Shown here: one piece after another, positions 63,603 through 64,000 of the stretch
Position numbering within the stretch: position 1 is the stretch's first letter
Layout: the number at the start of each line of letters is the position of its first letter
Source: Felis catus
Taxonomy: Eukaryota
DNA length: 64,000 nucleotides
Direction of reading: 5' to 3'
Assembly: GCF_018350175.1 (NCBI RefSeq)
Contig: NC_058373.1
Span: 114,516,001 to 114,580,000 of the forward strand
Notes under the pieces: generated by a model
Seen by the model: only the letters and a program-made list of their open reading frames with translations
What the model was told of the DNA's origin: nothing
Databases searched by the model: none
Program-made: the position numbers and the translations under genes

Positions 63603-64000
63603 GACCCTCTGGCTGTGGACAAAATAGTGAAGGACATGGACCCGTGCCAAGATGGCAAAGCGGGCTTCCAGAACTTCTGTTCACTAACTACTGGGCTCAC
63701 CATCTCCTGCAGTGAATGACTACTTTGTAGTACCCACGAAGCAGAAGGGAAACAGGAGGCAACACCGAGCAACCCTGTGCCCAGTGAGAGCTCTCTCGGA
63801 GGGTCGCCTAAGGAATCCGCCCCACTGCTTCCCACTGGATAAAGGATTCTGTGAGCAGATCAGGGCCCTCAGAAAATGTACAATAAAATCCAACCCCCAT
63901 TTGAGAAGCAGACGAAGAAAAGTCAGTGAAAGCCAAACAAACTTTTGATTTTTATACTGCCTGCACCCTCCTTCCCTCAGTAAACAACTTCCTTTTTTTA
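63600..64000 (+). pseudogene. S100A10: S100A10 (p11) pseudogene fragment, probably processed: 5'-truncated, frameshifted, with 3' UTR running to the window end
   Basis: 63600-63710 translates KDPLAVDKIVKDMDPCQDGKAGFQNFCSLTTGLTISC versus S100A10 KDPLAVDKIMKDLDQCRDGKVGFQSFFSLIAGLTIAC. A 4-nt insertion (agtg, 63711-63714) shifts the frame to NDYFVVPTKQKG versus NDYFVVHMKQKG. Downstream sequence (gggtcgcctaaggaatc...gagcagatcagg...aataaaatc...cttttgatttt) resembles the S100A10 3' UTR as I recall it. Confidence 0.9.

Noticed and set aside
63712..63948. 78-aa ORF MNDYFVVPTKQKG... as a new gene
   Set aside because: It is the frameshifted tail of the S100A10 pseudogene reading into former 3' UTR from a GTG.

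Overview
Mammalian genomic DNA from a cat-family (felid) genome, judged from abundant Felidae-type Can-SINEs and a felid-type L1 3' end; the species cannot be fixed from sequence alone. The only real protein-coding sequence I can support is exon 1 of ACTN1 (alpha-actinin-1) on the minus strand at 35598-35702 ([35 protein letters not shown]), inside a CpG-island promoter at about 34850-36900. Positions 1-35597 are ACTN1 intron 1 (exon 2 was not found in the window) and about 36000-64000 is upstream intergenic DNA. A 5'-truncated, frameshifted S100A10 pseudogene fragment runs from 63600 to the window end. The rest is about 30 Can-SINEs (many with clear target-site duplications, several nested or tandem), L1/L2/MIR relics, MaLR/ERVL LTRs, hAT and mariner fossils, and microsatellites. 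Nearly all entries in the ORF track look like chance or repeat-derived frames. I found no evidence of a novel multi-gene system. The most interesting leads are candidate SRF/TEAD/NF-kB/AP-1 enhancer modules around ACTN1, an orphan exon-like segment upstream, and several unusual retrotransposition events. Repeat family names come from recalled consensus sequences, not from a database search.
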